The notes under the pieces: model-generated
Seen by the model: the letters and a program-made list of their open reading frames with translations, nothing else
Databases searched by the model: none
Told to the model about the DNA's origin: nothing
Source: a virus
Virus record (IMG/VR): IMGVR_UViG_3300020048_000014
Coordinates: 1 to 64,000 of that record
Strand: one strand, 5' to 3'
DNA: 64,000 bases
Position numbers and translations under genes: made by a program
Shown here: in pieces, positions 60,968-64,000 of the stretch
Position numbering within the stretch: the stretch's first letter is position 1
How the letters are laid out: each line of letters starts with the position of its first letter

Positions 60968-61447
60968 ATGAATGAAGATGATCAGATTGATAAAAACGTA
61001 GATTCTATAATCAATCAATTGAAAAATCAAAGTCGATCATTAAAAGATGTTCAAAAAAATCCACCACAACAATTAAAAAAGGAGGATATGGAGCAATTCA
61101 TTATAGACAAAGCTTCTGAGATTGTCAATGGGTGTGTTGAAGTTATTGGGGTGATTCAGGATGAGATTAAGTGCGCTCCTGACCCCAAGTTGATCGAATC
61201 AGGTGCCACCTTCATCAATGCATTTACGTCGGCTCTGGATGCCCTTGGAAAGCTTGAAATAAGCCAGCAGAGAATAAAAGCTCAGAAGGATATTGCACAA
61301 TTTAATGCTGCTGCCCGATTAGCCACTAATGATGATACCGAGTCTAAAAAAGGAGTTTATATTTCTCGGGAAGAACTAATAAAAGGTCTTCTAGAGTATA
61401 AAAAAGAAGAGGTAAAGGAAACTGTCGATGATCCAATCGATGTGTAA
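60968..61447 (+). CDS. Helical hypothetical protein (terminase small subunit-like is possible)
   Basis: Size and helical pattern only. Confidence 0.55.
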   Translation: MNEDDQIDKNVDSIINQLKNQSRSLKDVQKNPPQQLKKEDMEQFIIDKASEIVNGCVEVIGVIQDEIKCAPDPKLIESGATFINAFTSALDALGKLEISQQRIKAQKDIAQFNAAARLATNDDTESKKGVYISREELIKGLLEYKKEEVKETVDDPIDV

Positions 61448-61448
61448 A

Positions 61449-62372
61449 TTACGACCCTAACTGTCCTTTATTTGTATGTAATTTATATTCGATATCTTTT
61501 TCATCGTTAGAAATTTTTAATACACTCGAACGACTTTGTTCTGAATCAAATACATCACCAAATAAATCTGTCTCAATATCTAATATATTATCACCTTGCT
61601 TTAGTGTTTTAACTATTTTATTTATAATACCTTCAGAAGTATTTTTGTCAGAATTGAATGCATTATACTGTTTTTTTTCTTTATATATTCTAAAATTTTC
61701 ATCTCCTAGTTGAGTTTTGATCTCATCAAAAATGCTTTCAGATATTTCATCAATAATCCAGTAGTATTGAGAATCTTTAACCATATAGCTGCCATTGGCT
61801 TTATTAACCCATTCTCCAGTAGGTTCTTCAGAATATCTCAATTGAGGGTTTTTATCCATAATAGGTAAAGTATTATCGATCACAGTGCTGCTACGTATAC
61901 TATCTCTAAAAATACTTTCAGTTTGTTTTATAGCACTATCCAAATTTGTTTGCATAAATGGAGGCAATTTATTATAAATATCAACAGAGCATCCTAACTG
62001 ATATGGTAGGTCTGGATATAGAGTATTATTAGCTGTAGTATAAGATTTATTACCCAATAATCCCATTGAGTCCGGGGTTAATTTGAAATAATTTTTATCT
62101 TTCGAGAATTTTTTAACATATGAACCTAATGGGCCATTATTTAATATATCCACATAATAGATTATTGAATATTCATCTAGATCTTTCCCTTCCTCGTCTA
62201 GCTTTTTAATAAATTTTTCTAATTGCCCAAGACCTAATTCATAAATCTTTTTGAATTCAACCATGAAATCAATTTCTAATTCTGTAAACGAATCTCCTAA
62301 ATTAGAAATATTCAACATTTCTTCTTTAGTGAAACAAATCGCTCTCAGGATTTCTACTTTGTTATTTTGCAT
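61449..62372 (-). CDS. Hypothetical protein, possible structural protein
   Basis: 307-aa ORF in the lysozyme block. Confidence 0.75.
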   Translation of the reverse strand: MQNNKVEILRAICFTKEEMLNISNLGDSFTELEIDFMVEFKKIYELGLGQLEKFIKKLDEEGKDLDEYSIIYYVDILNNGPLGSYVKKFSKDKNYFKLTPDSMGLLGNKSYTTANNTLYPDLPYQLGCSVDIYNKLPPFMQTNLDSAIKQTESIFRDSIRSSTVIDNTLPIMDKNPQLRYSEEPTGEWVNKANGSYMVKDSQYYWIIDEISESIFDEIKTQLGDENFRIYKEKKQYNAFNSDKNTSEGIINKIVKTLKQGDNILDIETDLFGDVFDSEQSRSSVLKISNDEKDIEYKLHTNKGQLGS

Positions 62373-62373
62373 G

Positions 62374-63168
62374 TTATAAAATATTATTAGGTGAAGCTGA
62401 TTGTTTTGAGATTATGTTTGCATTTCTATTCATTCTTGTAACCACGCCATCAGATTTTTTAATACTTCTTTGTAGATATTCTTTATGATTCAGATATTCT
62501 TTTGCTGCTTGTTTAAATTTATTATTTTTTATAGACAACACAAAATCGAAATCTTTTTTTGATTTTGGATCAAACAAATCACCTCTATAACATATATCAA
62601 CTAAAACTTTTTTTAAGTCTGGTGAAAACGTTTCCCATTGGGTTGGAAATTTAGATTTGGCGAGGTTTAAATGTTTCAATAAATCTTTATTAAACATAGA
62701 TTTTACTTGATTGATATTAAGTTCATTTCCATATTTAGATACAAATAAATTTTTATCTCGATTCGAACCATTACCTATTAGGTGTCCTATTCCTATAGTC
62801 CATAATCCCTTATCATCTTTGTAAGGAGAGAAGAATTTTTTATTCTGAGGTGATGCTAAATTACTTCCAATTATCTCACTAGGAATAATGTATTCTGCGA
62901 TATCGTTGATATCGATATTCGTATCTTTTTTTGGGGTTTCTTCAGTTTTATACAACTCCATTAATTTGGCATATGCTTGATCAAATGATAAATTAGGTTT
63001 GACTTTTTTAGCCTGTGACAATGCCTCTATTTTTTGTTGAATAGGTTCTGGTCTTTTTTCTAATTGTTTCATGACATAATCAGCCTCGTATGCCATTGCG
63101 CCTAAAGAAAATAATGACATCATTATTTCCTTAACTCCTTCATCAAAAATTAATAAATCTTCTTTCAT
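62374..63168 (-). CDS. Lysozyme-domain protein (GH24-like)
   Basis: Y.DDKGLWTIGIGHL catalytic-loop pattern. Confidence 0.75.
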   Translation of the reverse strand: MKEDLLIFDEGVKEIMMSLFSLGAMAYEADYVMKQLEKRPEPIQQKIEALSQAKKVKPNLSFDQAYAKLMELYKTEETPKKDTNIDINDIAEYIIPSEIIGSNLASPQNKKFFSPYKDDKGLWTIGIGHLIGNGSNRDKNLFVSKYGNELNINQVKSMFNKDLLKHLNLAKSKFPTQWETFSPDLKKVLVDICYRGDLFDPKSKKDFDFVLSIKNNKFKQAAKEYLNHKEYLQRSIKKSDGVVTRMNRNANIISKQSASPNNIL

Positions 63169-63947
63169 TCGCTGTCCTCCTTCAGATTGGCGTTAGGTCC
63201 AATATAAGTCTTAGTGCATAGTATTTGATTCGTATATAAATCAGCAAAGAATATATGTCTTATTTCTGTCACATACCATCTACCTAATATTTTTTGATCG
63301 CTCTTCAATTCGTCTTCATTTTTAGTTGTGAATATATCGACAAATTTACCAGATCTTCTGGAAGTACTGCCAATGTTAGAGAACGATGCCTGAAGATTGT
63401 AGAAAGTTAAAGAATTGTGTATTTCTGCTTCAACCATTTTGATACCATCTTCCACCGGATATGGGAATTTATATCTTTTGAATTTCTCTAATGTCGATTT
63501 ATTTATTACTGCAAATGGTTTTGGTTTTCCCGAATTTGATTTGAACACATCAACAAATTTAGTTTGCCATTTTTTCTTAATATCGTCAAACTTAATTTTT
63601 CTTATTTTCTGAATACCTAAAATCTTATCGTATCCAAATACAAGGCTATTAATAAAATAATCAGTATTCCACCCGTAGAATGGAGTAGAATATCCAAGAT
63701 TTTTAATTTGGCCTATATATTCTCCGACAGGTGCTTTTGATATTGGATTGTTTGGATTGGATGTTTCGATTTTAGTTGTCAAGTCTCCAAGACCAAATGC
63801 TTCGATTGTATTTTTCTCATTGTCTTCAAATATTTTAGATAATAAATCTAATCGAAACTTTGATGTTTCGGTATCCCAAGAAATAAATCCTTTAACATAT
63901 ATTTCACCATCTTTGGCATAATATATACGCATGAGATGATGTATCAA
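63165..63947 (-). CDS. Probable tail/baseplate protein (N-terminus may lie beyond the window)
   Basis: R.SG.FVDI...GRWYVTEIRH.F pattern as in baseplate hub-like proteins. Confidence 0.5.
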   Translation of the reverse strand: MIHHLMRIYYAKDGEIYVKGFISWDTETSKFRLDLLSKIFEDNEKNTIEAFGLGDLTTKIETSNPNNPISKAPVGEYIGQIKNLGYSTPFYGWNTDYFINSLVFGYDKILGIQKIRKIKFDDIKKKWQTKFVDVFKSNSGKPKPFAVINKSTLEKFKRYKFPYPVEDGIKMVEAEIHNSLTFYNLQASFSNIGSTSRRSGKFVDIFTTKNEDELKSDQKILGRWYVTEIRHIFFADLYTNQILCTKTYIGPNANLKEDSE

Positions 63948-64000
63948 ATCAACGTATCGATAAGTTGCAGGGGGATAATAATCTAATTGAAAATCACCAT

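Noticed and set aside
1-64000. Stop-codon reassignment
   Set aside because: Long conserved genes are intact in the standard code and TAA, TAG and TGA all end ORFs; the one in-frame TAA at 1905 is better read as a mutation.

Overview
An AT-rich segment of a large lytic dsDNA phage with T4-like traits: rIIA/rIIB, ThyX, UvrD helicase, RNA ligases, homing endonucleases, tRNAs, TAAATA-led late genes and a lysozyme/baseplate-like block at the right end. Most of the window (about 8.8-59 kb) is a minus-strand accessory region of small genes. Many are preceded by a phage-specific motif (TTGATWAAACACTA-N3-TATAAT-N6-ATG) that implies leaderless transcripts. Main observations: (1) a 225-nt element closed by a 16-bp terminal stem, next to tRNA-Thr, that reproduces the 23S rRNA GTPase-associated centre (H43/H44) with compensatory base changes; (2) two tRNA genes with hairpin insertions in the anticodon loop, plus clustered Rnl1-like ligase, P-loop kinase and 2H phosphoesterase genes that together match the domain set of fungal Trl1; (3) five integron attC-like hairpins at the left edge; (4) a roughly 445-nt hairpin-dense non-coding element behind a coiled-coil gene; (5) a candidate origin/packaging region with helically phased repeats; (6) a NARP1-like NAD+ rebuilding gene pair. 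All calls are by-eye pattern recognition; no searches or folding programs were run.
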